From positions 160,001-224,000 of the forward strand of contig CAVUDP010000003.1 of assembly GCA_963740315.1 (NCBI GenBank): a stretch of 64,000 nucleotides of DNA. Reading direction: 5' to 3'. The notes below the pieces were generated by a model. That model made no database searches. It saw only the letters and a program-made list of their open reading frames with translations, and was not told the DNA's origin. Origin of the DNA: an uncultured cyanobacterium. GTDB lineage: Bacteria; Cyanobacteriota; Cyanobacteriia; Cyanobacteriales; Nostocaceae. Shown piece by piece: positions 39,615 through 51,194 of this stretch (positions are counted from its first letter, which is position 1; each line of letters opens with the position of its first letter). The position numbers were made by a program, and so were the translations under genes.

Positions 39615-42161
39615 CTATTTCTTCGCTTGTAACTTAGGATAAGCAATCCGTTTATGATGGAATTGCTGCCAAACTTTGACGAAGATTTCAGCGATTTGCG
39701 TCATTTCTTGACGTTTTAAGCCGGAATCTAAGAGTTGATCGTCTTTCCATCTAGCCCGTAAGATATTGTTAACCATATTCAAGGCTTTTTCCGGTGTTGC
39801 ATCTCGAAGCGATCGCAATGCAGCTTCGCAAGAGTCAGCTAACATGACAATTGCAGTTTCCCGTGATTGAGGAGTAGGTCCTTCGTAACGAAAGTCTTCG
39901 TCTTTGATCTGTAATGTGGGATTATCCTTAGCAAGCTGTTGAGCTTGATGATAGAAATAAGCAATTTGCATTGTTCCTTGATGTTCTGGAATAAATGCCT
40001 GTATTGCCGTGGGTAAACTATGTTTTCTTGCCATAGCTAATCCCGCACTTACGTGCTTTTTAATAATATCGGCACTTATCCAAGGATCGTTAATTTCGGT
40101 TTCATGCTTGTTTGGACCTCCCATTTGATTCTCGATGAATCCCATTGGGTCGTGCATTTTACCAACATCATGGTATAATGTTCCCGCTCTAACTAATTCA
40201 ACGTTGCATCCAAGCTCTTTAGCAGCTGCTTCGGCAAGGGTAGCCACAAACAAGGTATGTTGAAATGTCCCTGGTGCTTCTGTTGCAAGACGCTTAAGTA
40301 AGGGACGATTCGGAGAAGCAAGTTCTGCCAAACGAATGGGAGTAACTAAGTCAAACAGTTTTTCTAAATAAGGACTTAATCCCAAAGCGACAATACTCCA
40401 ACCCAAACCTGATAAAGCTAATAATCCCGCTTCTTGAAATACAAGGTAAGAAGTTGAGGTAAATGCTGTGCCTAACATTATCTTTAATAATAGATAAACA
40501 CCGCCTTCAGTTAAGGAAATTCCAAAGCCTAATACTGCTAACTCTTCGCGAGAACGCAGGCGTTGCGCCATGCAGGCACCGAGTATACCTCCAGCTGCAC
40601 CAGCTATAATCGCCGTATTTCCTACTTCTAGGTTCATGGGCAGCAACAATATTACTAGTAATCCAATAACTGTCGCACTCAAACTGCGTCCATAGAAACT
40701 GCCCATTAGCAAACCTACAGCGCTCCAAGTCGCAAAAGGTATGCCAAAAACTAGTAATGATGGACACGATAGAGCCAGTAATAATACTAGGAATTGGTCG
40801 CTTTGACGCAATCGAATTTTTAAACGCTTTTCAACTATTGCATAAATGCCAATACAGAAAGCAACAGCGCTTCCCAAATAGGTTAAGCCCAGCCAGTTGA
40901 TTTCGCGGCTAATCAAATGGTAGTTTTCTAATACTGCTAAATTCCAGGCTGTAATATCTTGTCCTTTTCTAACAATTAATTCGCCTTTATCTACCGTTAC
41001 CATTACTGGTTGTATTTTGGCTGCCTCTTCTGATGCTTGTAATTCTGTTTGTTGTTCGTCTTTCCTTAGATTCGGTTGTAAAACGCTTACTAATAACTTA
41101 GTTGCCCAAAATTTAGCGTCTTCGGGTACCAATGATTCCGATTTTTGTAAATGCAGGTTTATGACGTACTCTAAATTTTCTTTTGGTAAGCCGGGGTGAA
41201 TGCCTTGGGCTAGGATTAATTGGGCACTTTGCACGATGCCCATTTGAATTTTTGACCACCGATCGTCGCTAAAGTTAAGTACGGTAGTGTCGTCGTATAC
41301 TATCCCCGCTGGCTTTGAGCGCCTAATTTCTTTAAGCTTCGCTTTGGCTTGAATGTATAGCTGTCGTCTTTCCTCGATTTTTTGAATTAGCGATCGCAAG
41401 TTTTGTTGGTTCGTTTTAGCACGATATAGCTGTAACTGATTTAGCGCCTGTTTGAAATTAGAGTTTTGAATATCCGTATCAATAGCTGCACTATTCGCAA
41501 GGGAATTATCAGTTCTTGCCGCTAAAACTACAGATTGAGGTAATTGATTCCTAGCAACGTTTTGATTACCATTTTCTAGTAATAGTAATAATTGCTTCCA
41601 TTGTGCTTCGTTCGTGGAACGTAAGTAATTTTGGATAGAAGGATCGAGTATCTCGGTGTCAAAAAACGGGAAAGAACCAGCAGTTGTGCGAATTTCGTTT
41701 CCTTGTTGTAGCAATTGCTCTAAATTCTGCTCAACAGTTTCGTTAATCCGCTTATCCACCATTAACCATTGCCGAGAATTGTCTCTGGCAGCTTCGCGGA
41801 GTAATTCTGTTTTCTGCTTATCTTCTACTTGAGCAGTAAAGGGCGCAACAATCGTTTCGCGGGCTACTGTTCCTTCTTGTAACTGCGGCTGGCTGTATAA
41901 CTTGTGTCCCATCACTCCTGTCATAGTAACCAAAGCGATCGCAAACACAACCGCAGAATGCTGAGGAATAAAGCCCCAACAAGCTGCGTAAATACCAGAT
42001 TTAGCTTTTACCGACTTTACCATTGAGTTGGAGCATAAGGATTTTTTATATCGATTTCTTTCACCTGTTTTGGATACATATAAGCGACGTAACGCTTTGT
42101 ATCGTCGTCCCCAGGTAGCTGTTACTTGAGTTAAAGACTTAAAAAATGGCTGCGTTTTCAT
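39615..42161 (-). CDS. 7TM-HD phosphohydrolase (PgpH-like cyclic-di-AMP phosphodiesterase family)
   Basis: Extracellular domain, 7 TM helices; APGTFQH; YHDVGK; EHQGT; MLADSCEA. Confidence 0.88.
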   Translation of the reverse strand: MKTQPFFKSLTQVTATWGRRYKALRRLYVSKTGERNRYKKSLCSNSMVKSVKAKSGIYAACWGFIPQHSAVVFAIALVTMTGVMGHKLYSQPQLQEGTVARETIVAPFTAQVEDKQKTELLREAARDNSRQWLMVDKRINETVEQNLEQLLQQGNEIRTTAGSFPFFDTEILDPSIQNYLRSTNEAQWKQLLLLLENGNQNVARNQLPQSVVLAARTDNSLANSAAIDTDIQNSNFKQALNQLQLYRAKTNQQNLRSLIQKIEERRQLYIQAKAKLKEIRRSKPAGIVYDDTTVLNFSDDRWSKIQMGIVQSAQLILAQGIHPGLPKENLEYVINLHLQKSESLVPEDAKFWATKLLVSVLQPNLRKDEQQTELQASEEAAKIQPVMVTVDKGELIVRKGQDITAWNLAVLENYHLISREINWLGLTYLGSAVAFCIGIYAIVEKRLKIRLRQSDQFLVLLLALSCPSLLVFGIPFATWSAVGLLMGSFYGRSLSATVIGLLVILLLPMNLEVGNTAIIAGAAGGILGACMAQRLRSREELAVLGFGISLTEGGVYLLLKIMLGTAFTSTSYLVFQEAGLLALSGLGWSIVALGLSPYLEKLFDLVTPIRLAELASPNRPLLKRLATEAPGTFQHTLFVATLAEAAAKELGCNVELVRAGTLYHDVGKMHDPMGFIENQMGGPNKHETEINDPWISADIIKKHVSAGLAMARKHSLPTAIQAFIPEHQGTMQIAYFYHQAQQLAKDNPTLQIKDEDFRYEGPTPQSRETAIVMLADSCEAALRSLRDATPEKALNMVNNILRARWKDDQLLDSGLKRQEMTQIAEIFVKVWQQFHHKRIAYPKLQAKK

Positions 42162-42376
42162 TACCTATGACCGCAGTTGCTTATAAGGATGGTTGAATAC
42201 CAGACAATTTTGTACCGAAGCAGATTTCAAGCTTGCTGACATCATAGTTACCATTTGATGTAAATCCTGGGTTCACTCCCTAATAAGTATAATTTTTTGC
42301 TCGAAAAAGTTTTTTAACTATTTAGTGGAATATAAACTTGCAGGGGTTGGCTTCTAGTTGACTTCGGATAAATTTA

Positions 42377-43294
42377 TTAACGTAAACGAATGATATATGG
42401 GGCTGCAATTGCCTCATCAGGAGAAATTAAATCTCGGTCCTCCTTTGCTTCTAAAGATTGTGGTAACTCGTGATATGCTCCCGACCATACAGAGACAAGC
42501 GCATCAGCTAATTTTACCATCTGAGAAAAGTTAGTGATTCCCCTTTGTGCTAATTTTGCCTCATCTAATCCTAAGTGCCAAGTTATAGGTATACCAGCCA
42601 TGCTGTTATAAGCTCCGGAAACTGCACCCGCGATCGCGCCACAAATCTCTGAATTGTGCTTATCTATAGTAGTGGCTCGCAAACAAGTAAGACGAAAATC
42701 TTCCTTAGTAGTTGCGAAACAATAAAAAGCTATTGCAATGGTATTAGTTATATTATTTTCTTTACCCAAGCAATTTTGGAATTCAGAATATCCAGCATTT
42801 TCAACGATTAAATTATTGACTTGCTGTAATTTATTTGGTAAGTCAGTTGTAGTTTCTCCAATAAAAGAAGTTATTTCTGAAACTAAACGATTCTGGTTTA
42901 TTTGTTGATTAATTTTTTCATTTAATGACTGAGCGATTAGATAGCATACTGCTAATACCCCATCCCTTATATAGGGATGATCGTAACTTTTGATAGCTAA
43001 AAGCAAGTTTTCGCGTAATTTTATATTGTTCTCATGAAAAAATATTGCTATGGGTAAAGTTGCTAAAATTATATTCCCCAACATCAAATTGCATGGTTTT
43101 TCTAAATTCCATTCTTGCTGTTGAAATTTATGTCCTTCGTCTAAATAAAATCGCCCCTCTGCAATCAAGCTTTCGATACCAAGGAGTGCTACTTTAATCC
43201 AATAGTATGATTCTGGTTGCGTTGCGGCTAAACTTTGTCCAATTAAACCTCCTATCAAAGCACCACGAACTCTACTTGTAAGTGAATAGCGCAT
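42377..43294 (-). CDS. ADP-ribosylglycohydrolase-fold protein, catalytically degenerate
   Basis: RVRGALIG N-terminus; GAIAGAVSGAY..GIP..W; no TDD or DTD motifs visible. Confidence 0.7.
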   Translation of the reverse strand: MRYSLTSRVRGALIGGLIGQSLAATQPESYYWIKVALLGIESLIAEGRFYLDEGHKFQQQEWNLEKPCNLMLGNIILATLPIAIFFHENNIKLRENLLLAIKSYDHPYIRDGVLAVCYLIAQSLNEKINQQINQNRLVSEITSFIGETTTDLPNKLQQVNNLIVENAGYSEFQNCLGKENNITNTIAIAFYCFATTKEDFRLTCLRATTIDKHNSEICGAIAGAVSGAYNSMAGIPITWHLGLDEAKLAQRGITNFSQMVKLADALVSVWSGAYHELPQSLEAKEDRDLISPDEAIAAPYIIRLR

Positions 43295-43471
43295 ATAGTA
43301 CTAACAGCTTCAGATATCTTATAACTACCACCTGCATTAATGCTTATTCTGGATAAGATGGCCAAATTTTATATTTTTTTGATAAATTCTATCGATAGAG
43401 CTATAAAGTTGCTCGAAAACTACTACTATTAACTATGTATTAGTAAATAAAAATCTTTCTTATTGCATAAC

Positions 43472-43948
43472 TCAAGACTGTCTTAAGCGATCCACTAAAG
43501 CCTGCAATCCTAAAATGTAGCTTTTCGCGCCAAAGCCACTAATTTGACCAATAGCTACTGATGCAATATATGAATGGTGTCTAAATTCTTCCCTACGATA
43601 TATATTGCTCAAATGTACTTCTACCGTAGGTATGTTTACACCAGCAATAGCATCTCGCAATGCTACACTCGTATGGGTATAAGCTCCAGCATTAATAATA
43701 ATTCCTTGATGCTTGAATAATGCATCATGGATAGCATCTACTAAAACACCTTCATGATTGGACTGCACGGCAGATATATTAGCTGACAAAGAACGCCCTT
43801 CTTCTACCAGTAAACGATTAATGTCAGCTAAAGTAACCAAACCGTAAGTTTCTGGTTCGCGAGTTCCCAGTAAATTCAGATTCGGTCCATGCAGCACCAA
43901 AATGCTTAAAGAAGGTTGATCCTTCCGAGCATTTGATCTATCTACCAC
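43472..43948 (-). CDS. aroQ: Type II 3-dehydroquinate dehydratase
   Basis: [36 protein letters not shown]. Confidence 0.95.
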   Translation of the reverse strand: MVDRSNARKDQPSLSILVLHGPNLNLLGTREPETYGLVTLADINRLLVEEGRSLSANISAVQSNHEGVLVDAIHDALFKHQGIIINAGAYTHTSVALRDAIAGVNIPTVEVHLSNIYRREEFRHHSYIASVAIGQISGFGAKSYILGLQALVDRLRQS

Positions 43949-44078
43949 GGCGAGAACGGTCGTTTACAGGAATTGGAATTAATTCCGGTTCTGGCTCAGC
44001 TTCAGGCCCTAAAAGGGCATCAATCAGCTTGCGTGCTAATCCCTTAAGCTTTTCGAGCACCTTTTCGATATAATCCAT
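43938..44078 (-). CDS. 46-aa small protein absent from the ORF track
   Basis: CAGGAG upstream; [46 protein letters not shown]; overlaps the aroQ start. Confidence 0.75.
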   Translation of the reverse strand: MDYIEKVLEKLKGLARKLIDALLGPEAEPEPELIPIPVNDRSRRGR

Positions 44079-44342
44079 TGAACTGAACGCTCCTGAGATA
44101 CTAACTCAAATGTCAACTATCAACTAGGTCGAAACTAACGTAAAAACAGCACCACTAGTTAAGATGTTGGTTGAAACCAACTGCCTCTTGTGGGGGAGCA
44201 AGCCGTTATAGATAACTGCGATTCCTCCCTCTATTATTTTAGGTTATCACATTCGCCACGGGTAGGGCAGCATCCAACTTCTTAAGAGATATTTTAGGAT
44301 CGCTAATATCAACCAAATATTAACTAATAGTTAAAAATCAAT

Positions 44343-44372
44343 AGTCCGGAAGTATGAAAACATCCGGACTAC
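44343..44372 (-). terminator. Hairpin downstream of topA
   Basis: TAGTCCGGA...TCCGGACTA inverted repeat. Confidence 0.45.
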
Positions 44373-44398
44373 TGTTGTGGTAATAAAATTTTGCTTCG

Positions 44399-47077
44399 TT
44401 AGCTTTCTTCTGGTTTCTTTTTAGATTTGCTACTAGCTGTTTTAGATTTAGTAGTACTCGTTTTAGATTTAGCAGTACTCGTTTTGGATTTAGTTGTTTT
44501 ACGAGTTGATTTACTTTTGGGTGCTTTGTCGGCTAATAACTTCAGTGCTTTTTCTAAAGTTATGCTTTCTGGGGTTTCACCTTCGGGAATGCCGACATTG
44601 GTTTTGCCATGCTTAATGTAAACTCCATAAGGTCCCTCGTAGATGTTGACTGGTTCTTCACTGTCTGGATGAGAACCCAGTTCCCGCAACGGCTTTTTCG
44701 ATTTACTTCTGCTACCGCGTCCTTTTTTAGGTTCGGATAACAATTCTAATGCTCTTTCTAAGGTGATACTTAGGACATCATCACCTGCTTTTAAAGAACG
44801 GTAGTCTTTACCTTCTTTGGCATTATGAACCACATAAGGTCCGAAGCGTCCTAAATTAGTTTGGATGCTAGCGCCAGTTTCTGGATGTTCTCCCAATTTT
44901 CTCGGAAGCGATAAAAGACCAACAGCCATTTCTACTGTTACGTCTTCTGGCTTTACGTTTTTAGGTAGGGAAGCTTGTTTTGGTTTGGGATTTTCTTCGG
45001 ATTTTTCACCCAATTGTACGTAGGGACCGTAAGGACCAATTAACATGAAAATTGGCTGTGCCATTTCCGGATGAATACCTACTTGGTCGGGACCTTCGGT
45101 TTTTTGCTTGAGTATTTTCTGGACTTTTTCCGGATCGAGGTCGGCTGGAGTTAAGTCTCTAGGAATAGAAGCTGTAATAATATCATCACCATTTTCCGCT
45201 TCTAGATAAGCACCAAATTTACCAATGCGGATTTTCACATCTGGGATGTCTAAGTCCACAGTTCTAGATGTATTGATATCAATTTCGCTTTCTCGTTCCT
45301 TAACCAAGGTATCCAAGCCTTTTTCGCCCAGATAAAATTGTTCTAGGTAAGGTAGCCATTCAGCTTCCCCAGTCGAAATATCATCGAGAGTTTGCTCCAT
45401 TCTCGAAGTAAAGCTGGGGTCTACGACATCTGGGAAGTGCGTTTCCAGTAGCTTGGTAACGGCGAAAGCTGTAAATGTGGGAACTAAAGCATTGTTAGTT
45501 AGTTGCGCGTAACCTTTGTCAATAATGGTACCAATAATACTGGCGTAGGTACTGGGACGACCAATTCCTTCACTTTCTAAGGTTTTCACCAAAGTAGCTT
45601 CAGTGTATCTTGCCGGAGGTTGGGTTTCGTGACCGACAGTTTCTAATGTTTTGCAGTTTGGATTATCGCCGACTTTTAGGTTGGGTAAAATCACTTCCTT
45701 GTCTTCGAGTGCTGCTTCGGGATCGTCGGAACCCTCTACGTAGGCGCGTAAAAATCCTGGAAAATCAATTCGCTTACCCGAAGAACGAAAACCTGCATCT
45801 TCGACTTGTAAATGCATGGTGATTTGAGTTTGTCTGGCATCCGCCATTTGACAAGCAACGGTACGCTTCCAAATCAAATCGTACAATTGCAGTTCCCTAC
45901 CGCTCAAACCAGTTTCTTGAGGCGTGCGGAAGCTGCTTCCAGCCGGACGAATCGCTTCGTGTGCTTCCTGTGCGCCTTTGGATTTTGTGGTGTATTTGCG
46001 GGGTTGGGGAGACAAGAACTCTTTGCCGTAAAGCTTTTGTACGCAGTCTCTAGCGGCAGTAACAGCTTGTTCCGATAAGTGTACCGAGTCGGTACGCATA
46101 TAGGTAATATAGCCTTGTTCGTAAAGGCTTTGAGCAACCCGCATTGTATCTCTTGCAGTCAGCCGCAATTTACGGTTAGATTCCTGTTGCAAGGTAGAAG
46201 TAGTAAACGGAGGTGACGGTTTGCGCGTTACGGGACGTTCTTCTAAGTTGGAAACCTGCCAAGTTTTACCAGTTAAACGTTCTTTTAAAGCTTCGGCTTC
46301 CTGTTGATTAAGTAGAACTACCTTACGACCTGCGGTAATTGCCCCGGTTGTAGAGTCAAAATCGCTACCAGTTGCTAGTTTTGTTCCTGCCAAAGTTACC
46401 AAGACACAATTAAATGATTGCTCTTTATTTCCCTTGGTTGATGGAGGAGTTAAAGCTGCTTTCAAATCCCAGTAGCTACCGATATGAAAAGCACGTCGTT
46501 CCCGTTCCCGTTGCACCAATAACCGCACGGCTACAGATTGGACTCGTCCGGCAGATAAACCCCAGGCAATTTTCTTCCACAATAAAGGTGAGAGAGTATA
46601 ACCTACAAGTCTGTCCAAAATTCGCCGCGTTTCTTGAGCGCGAACCAATTGTTCATCTACGTCACGGGTATTTTTGAGCGCTTCTTTAATTGCTTCAGAA
46701 GTAATCTCATGAAATACCATTCGTTTTGTGGGAACTTTTGGTTTTAATAACTGGAATAAATGCCAGCTAATACTTTCCCCTTCCCGATCTTCGTCAGTTG
46801 CCAAAATCAGTTCGGTTGCCTCTTTGAGTGCTTCCTTTAACTGAGTTACAATTTGCTTTTTGCTTTTGGGAACTACATATAACGGTTCAAAATTAGATTC
46901 TACATTTACTCCCAACTGCGCCCATTTTTCTCCTTTGACAGCGGCGGGAATTTCACTAGCGGACTGTGGTAAGTCACGTACATGACCCATCGAAGCTTCT
47001 ACTCGGTACTCTGATGGTAAGTAGTTACGAATAGTTTTTGCTTTGGTTGGAGATTCGACTATAACGAGAGTAGACAT
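44399..47077 (-). CDS. topA: DNA topoisomerase I
   Basis: VIVESPTK; ATDEDREGE; SAGRVQS; ITYMRTDS; GIGRPSTY; Topo_C repeats; Lys-rich tail. Confidence 0.97.
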   Translation of the reverse strand: MSTLVIVESPTKAKTIRNYLPSEYRVEASMGHVRDLPQSASEIPAAVKGEKWAQLGVNVESNFEPLYVVPKSKKQIVTQLKEALKEATELILATDEDREGESISWHLFQLLKPKVPTKRMVFHEITSEAIKEALKNTRDVDEQLVRAQETRRILDRLVGYTLSPLLWKKIAWGLSAGRVQSVAVRLLVQRERERRAFHIGSYWDLKAALTPPSTKGNKEQSFNCVLVTLAGTKLATGSDFDSTTGAITAGRKVVLLNQQEAEALKERLTGKTWQVSNLEERPVTRKPSPPFTTSTLQQESNRKLRLTARDTMRVAQSLYEQGYITYMRTDSVHLSEQAVTAARDCVQKLYGKEFLSPQPRKYTTKSKGAQEAHEAIRPAGSSFRTPQETGLSGRELQLYDLIWKRTVACQMADARQTQITMHLQVEDAGFRSSGKRIDFPGFLRAYVEGSDDPEAALEDKEVILPNLKVGDNPNCKTLETVGHETQPPARYTEATLVKTLESEGIGRPSTYASIIGTIIDKGYAQLTNNALVPTFTAFAVTKLLETHFPDVVDPSFTSRMEQTLDDISTGEAEWLPYLEQFYLGEKGLDTLVKERESEIDINTSRTVDLDIPDVKIRIGKFGAYLEAENGDDIITASIPRDLTPADLDPEKVQKILKQKTEGPDQVGIHPEMAQPIFMLIGPYGPYVQLGEKSEENPKPKQASLPKNVKPEDVTVEMAVGLLSLPRKLGEHPETGASIQTNLGRFGPYVVHNAKEGKDYRSLKAGDDVLSITLERALELLSEPKKGRGSRSKSKKPLRELGSHPDSEEPVNIYEGPYGVYIKHGKTNVGIPEGETPESITLEKALKLLADKAPKSKSTRKTTKSKTSTAKSKTSTTKSKTASSKSKKKPEES

Positions 47078-47576
47078 GGAATTTTCAAGAAAAAAAATAG
47101 CTGCTAAGCTAAACAGTCAATTAGGAGGACAAACGATTGTAAATGTCAAGTTAAAATTTAACTACCGCCGATCGCAATAGCTTTTACATCTACTGCTTAG
47201 CTTTGTTAAAAAACCTTTTAATGACCGGGTTTGCGACCCCCAACTCTTTCCAAAAGGTAATGAAAAATCTCTACCATTGGTAAGATAGTTGAAATCAGGT
47301 TATCAAGGAAAGCAGTTATTTCAATCTTTAACTTATCTTGGACATAATTGGCGACTACCATTTTTATTTATTGTTGTTTTAGGGGATAACTATAGGGGCG
47401 ATCGCTTTAAGGTAAGTGTTTGCCATGTAAGGATTAGAGGTGTTAAAGCAAAGCATATTTTTAAATTTTTTATCCCAGAGCAGTTTTTTTTGCCAATATT
47501 TAGCATTGTGCCAAAATAAAATTTAAATAAGTACCGTATTCCGGACTGATTATTAAACTACCATTGGAAAAAAATT

Positions 47577-47870
47577 ATGAAACCAATTCGACAAGGTGAT
47601 GTAATCTTACTTCCTGTGAAGCAAGTTGAAGGACAATTGCTCGAACATCTGACTTTGGCTTCCGGAGAAGTTACCGGACACAAGCACCGTATCTCTGAAG
47701 GAAATGCTCAGTTGTATACAAAAGACTTCAATTTATATTTAAGTATTTTTTCAGAAAAAGCAGTGCTAACTCATGAGGAACACGATCCGATTTCTGTTCC
47801 TCAAGGAAATTGGATAGTGCGAATTCAGCGCGAATACGAACCCGAAGGATGGCGATATGTTGCCGATTGA
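47577..47870 (+). CDS. Conserved hypothetical protein with His motifs
   Basis: IRQGDV; LASGEVTGHKHRI; LTHEEH; RIQREY. Confidence 0.75.
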   Translation: MKPIRQGDVILLPVKQVEGQLLEHLTLASGEVTGHKHRISEGNAQLYTKDFNLYLSIFSEKAVLTHEEHDPISVPQGNWIVRIQREYEPEGWRYVAD

Positions 47871-48164
47871 ATTTGGTTATTCCTTACAACTTCATAATAA
47901 TCAAATAGTATGCATGAATTGGTATAGGGAGTAAGGAATAGCTTTCTGATATACTGAAGAACCATTATCCAAGCTGCTTCTTGCATTAAGCAAGCTAATT
48001 ATTAAATATCAATTGAATTAGACTATGAATAATATAGTAAAAACTGATACTAATTTTTTGGTTATTTTAATTATGCAGTTAACAAATAAAGAATTAAGGT
48101 TGTATCAATTAATAATAAGTCAAGCGAGTAAAGAAGTTGTGGTAGGATAATCCAGGAGAAGTAC

Positions 48165-48252
48165 GTTCGGTAATTGTGTTCTTATTATTAAGTAAAAGTC
48201 GCAATCAGCTTTCCGGATGTCCCCTCTGCACGGTTGGATTCTGGAGAGTCTT
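48165..48252 (+). promoter_or_regulatory. rbp-type conserved 5' UTR boxes
   Basis: TTCGGTAA, TTTCCGGA and TTCTGGAGA elements before the ATG resemble the cyanobacterial rbp UTR boxes. Confidence 0.45.
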
Positions 48253-48537
48253 ATGTCAATATACGTTGGAAATTTATCATACGATGTTACTCAAGAAGAC
48301 CTTAGTAAGGTATTTGCTGAGTACGGTGGTGTAAAGAGCGTTCAGTTACCTACCGATAGGGAAACTGGCAGGGCGCGAGGTTTTGGTTTTGTAGAAATGG
48401 AATCAGAAGATGCAGAAAGTTCAGCCATTCAAGCTCTAGATGGTGCTGAATGGATGGGTCGCGCAATGAAGGTTAATAAAGCAAGACCGCGAGAAGACCG
48501 AGGTAATAGACGCTCTGGTGGTGGAAATTGGGGTTGA
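48253..48537 (+). CDS. rbp: RRM RNA-binding protein
   Basis: MSIYVGNL RNP2; RGFGFVEM RNP1; short Gly tail. Confidence 0.95.
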   Translation: MSIYVGNLSYDVTQEDLSKVFAEYGGVKSVQLPTDRETGRARGFGFVEMESEDAESSAIQALDGAEWMGRAMKVNKARPREDRGNRRSGGGNWG

Positions 48538-48743
48538 TAAAGGTAACGTTATATTAGTTCGCTCTCAAGGCTGAGCAATATTTAATTATAAGCGGGGGCA
48601 TCCTTATGGTTTGCTCCTGATTATTATTTTATTATTTTTATTATTTATTTTTAGAATCGCAGGTTTTTGGTGAATTTCTCGTAAAAAACAATAGAATTAA
48701 CAAAGTCAGTTAGAAAGTCTAATAGTCGAAACCTGTATATCTC

Positions 48744-50297
48744 ATGGATTTTGCTAGTCTTGCATCCCAGCTAAATGCTGGAACGATACTACCGGAGGGG
48801 ATTGTAATAATCACCTTCTTAGGGGTTTTGATAGTAGATTTAATTTTAGGACGTTCGTCCTCACGCTGGATTGGATATCTAGCTATAGCAGGCTTACTTG
48901 CTTCTATCGTCGCCTTGTATTTTCAATGGGATAATGTTAATCCCATCTCATTTCTTGGTGCGTTTAACGGTGATGACCTTAGTATCGTGTTTCGCGGTAT
49001 TATCGCTCTGTCTGCTGCTGTCACTATTTTGATGTCAATTCGCTACGTCGAACAAAGTGGTACAGCCTTAGCAGAATTTATCGCTATTTTGCTTAGCGCC
49101 ACCCTTGGAGCAATGTTTCTATCGGGCGCGAATGAGTTGGTGATGATTTTCATCTCCTTAGAAACTCTTAGTATTTCCTCTTACTTATTGACAGGTTATA
49201 CCAAGCGCGACCCGCGTTCCAATGAAGCCGCACTGAAATATTTGTTGATTGGCGCTTCAAGTACTGCTGTATTTTTGTATGGCGTTTCCTTACTGTACGG
49301 TTTGTCTGGCGGACAAACTGAACTTGCTGCGATCGCAAATGGCATCGAAACGGCAGAGCTAGGTCAGTCGTTAGGTATAGTAATTGCCCTGGTATTTGTA
49401 ATTGCTGGTATCGGCTTCAAAATTTCTGCCGCACCCTTTCACCAATGGACACCAGATGTATATGAAGGCGCACCGACTCCGGTAATTGCTTTTTTATCTG
49501 TAGGTTCTAAAGCTGCGGGTTTTGCTTTGGCTATCCGTTTGCTGACAACAGTATTTCCCCTCGTCGCCGATGAGTGGAGATTCGTGTTTACCGCCTTAGC
49601 CGTATTAAGTTTGATACTGGGTAATGTAGTTGCCCTTGCTCAAACCAGCATGAAACGGATGCTTGCTTACTCATCCATTGCCCAAGCTGGCTTTGTAATG
49701 ATTGGCTTGATTGCTGGCACGCAAGCAGGATATTCCAGCATGATATTTTACTTGCTAGTTTACCTGTTTATGAACCTCTGTGGTTTTACCTGCGTGATTT
49801 TATTCTCCCTGCGGACGGGAACCGACCAAATTACCGAGTATTCTGGTTTATATCAGAAAGACCCACTTTTAACTCTAGGATTAAGCCTTTCTTTGCTTTC
49901 CTTGGGAGGTATTCCTCCTTTAGCTGGGTTCTTTGGGAAAATTTACCTATTCTGGGCAGGTTGGCAAGCAGGTCTTTACGGCTTAGTTTTACTGGGATTA
50001 GTTACCAGTGTGGTTTCTATTTACTATTACATCCGCGTCGTCAAAATGATGGTAGTAAAAGAACCTCAAGAAATGTCCGATGCAGTCAAGAATTATCCCC
50101 CAATTAATTGGAATTTACCTGGATTAAGACCTTTACAAATAGGTTTGGTAACAACTTTAATTGCTACCTCTATCGCTGGAATCCTATCAAACCCTTTATT
50201 TACCTTGGCGAATAACTCTGTTGCTAATACTCGTATGTTGCAGCAATCAATAGTTTCTACCCCTCGCGTAAATGTAGCTACAAATCACCAACCTTAA
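48744..50297 (+). CDS. ndhB: NAD(P)H-quinone oxidoreductase subunit 2 (NdhB/NuoN)
   Basis: [43 protein letters not shown]. Confidence 0.96.
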   Translation: MDFASLASQLNAGTILPEGIVIITFLGVLIVDLILGRSSSRWIGYLAIAGLLASIVALYFQWDNVNPISFLGAFNGDDLSIVFRGIIALSAAVTILMSIRYVEQSGTALAEFIAILLSATLGAMFLSGANELVMIFISLETLSISSYLLTGYTKRDPRSNEAALKYLLIGASSTAVFLYGVSLLYGLSGGQTELAAIANGIETAELGQSLGIVIALVFVIAGIGFKISAAPFHQWTPDVYEGAPTPVIAFLSVGSKAAGFALAIRLLTTVFPLVADEWRFVFTALAVLSLILGNVVALAQTSMKRMLAYSSIAQAGFVMIGLIAGTQAGYSSMIFYLLVYLFMNLCGFTCVILFSLRTGTDQITEYSGLYQKDPLLTLGLSLSLLSLGGIPPLAGFFGKIYLFWAGWQAGLYGLVLLGLVTSVVSIYYYIRVVKMMVVKEPQEMSDAVKNYPPINWNLPGLRPLQIGLVTTLIATSIAGILSNPLFTLANNSVANTRMLQQSIVSTPRVNVATNHQP

Positions 50298-50364
50298 TCG
50301 GTATTTATGTTTTTACTTCCTTTAGAAGTTTGAACATGATTTTTCGTCAATAATGCCTAATCTT

Positions 50365-50397
50365 AAATGGCTGTTCGCGGTGGAACAGCCATTTTTA
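50365..50397 (+). terminator. Intrinsic terminator after ndhB
   Basis: AAATGGCTGTTC-N6-GAACAGCCATTT followed by a T run. Confidence 0.75.
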
Positions 50398-50594
50398 TTT
50401 TTCTTTGGTATAAAGCTTAACTATATAAATTAGATTTGTGCTAACAGTATCCGTAATAGCACCAGGATAGGCGATCGCCTATCTTTTTATCGGAAAAAAT
50501 CAGCAAAAAAAACTACATATTAACTTCAGTTAAATAAAAAAGCCCGTCTAGACAGGCTAAAAATTGAACTAAAATCTTCCATTGAAGCTTTTTT

Positions 50595-51194
50595 TTATTT
50601 CATCTTTTGTTTAATAAAAGCAATAACTTGATTTAACTGTTTTTTCAAGCCATCAATTTCTGACTGCATTTTCGCCATTTTTTGATTAAGCGCCTGCACT
50701 TCTGCATCGGAATTGGAATATCCGGCAGTTACTGCTCCATTAGTGCCGTTAGTTCCATTTGTTCCATTAGCTCCATTTTGACTAGCAGCTGCTACCCCAA
50801 CAGGTTGGGCTTTGGGTTGTTTAGCTTTTGCCATTGCTGCTTTAATCGAGCTAATTAGCTGTTTTTGGTCAAAAGGCTTGTTCAGAAATTCAAAATGTTC
50901 AAACGGCTCGGAGATTTTTTCGGTAACTTCCTCTTTACGTCCAGACATTAGCACCAAAGGAGTTTTTCTTAATTCAGGCACTGCCTGAATTTCTTGGTAA
51001 ACTTCCCAGCCACTCATTTTTGGCAACAGGAAATCAAGCATAATCAAACTAAATTTTTCCTGACGGATTAATTTAAGTCCCTCCAAGCCGTCTTTAGCTT
51101 CTAGCACCTGAAAGTTTCCTGGAGGTAACATTTCTCGTACTTTTACCCTAACTACTGTAGTGTCATCAATAACTAAAATTTTATTATTTGCCAT
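50595..51194 (-). CDS. Response regulator: receiver domain, (NGT)n linker and coiled coil
   Basis: LVIDD; LIMLDFLLP; KPF. Confidence 0.9.
   Translation of the reverse strand: MANNKILVIDDTTVVRVKVREMLPPGNFQVLEAKDGLEGLKLIRQEKFSLIMLDFLLPKMSGWEVYQEIQAVPELRKTPLVLMSGRKEEVTEKISEPFEHFEFLNKPFDQKQLISSIKAAMAKAKQPKAQPVGVAAASQNGANGTNGTNGTNGAVTAGYSNSDAEVQALNQKMAKMQSEIDGLKKQLNQVIAFIKQKMK

Noticed and set aside
44402..44520. 21-bp Lys/Ser/Thr repeats at the topA 3' end
   Set aside because: Basic C-terminal tails are an ordinary feature of this TopA type.
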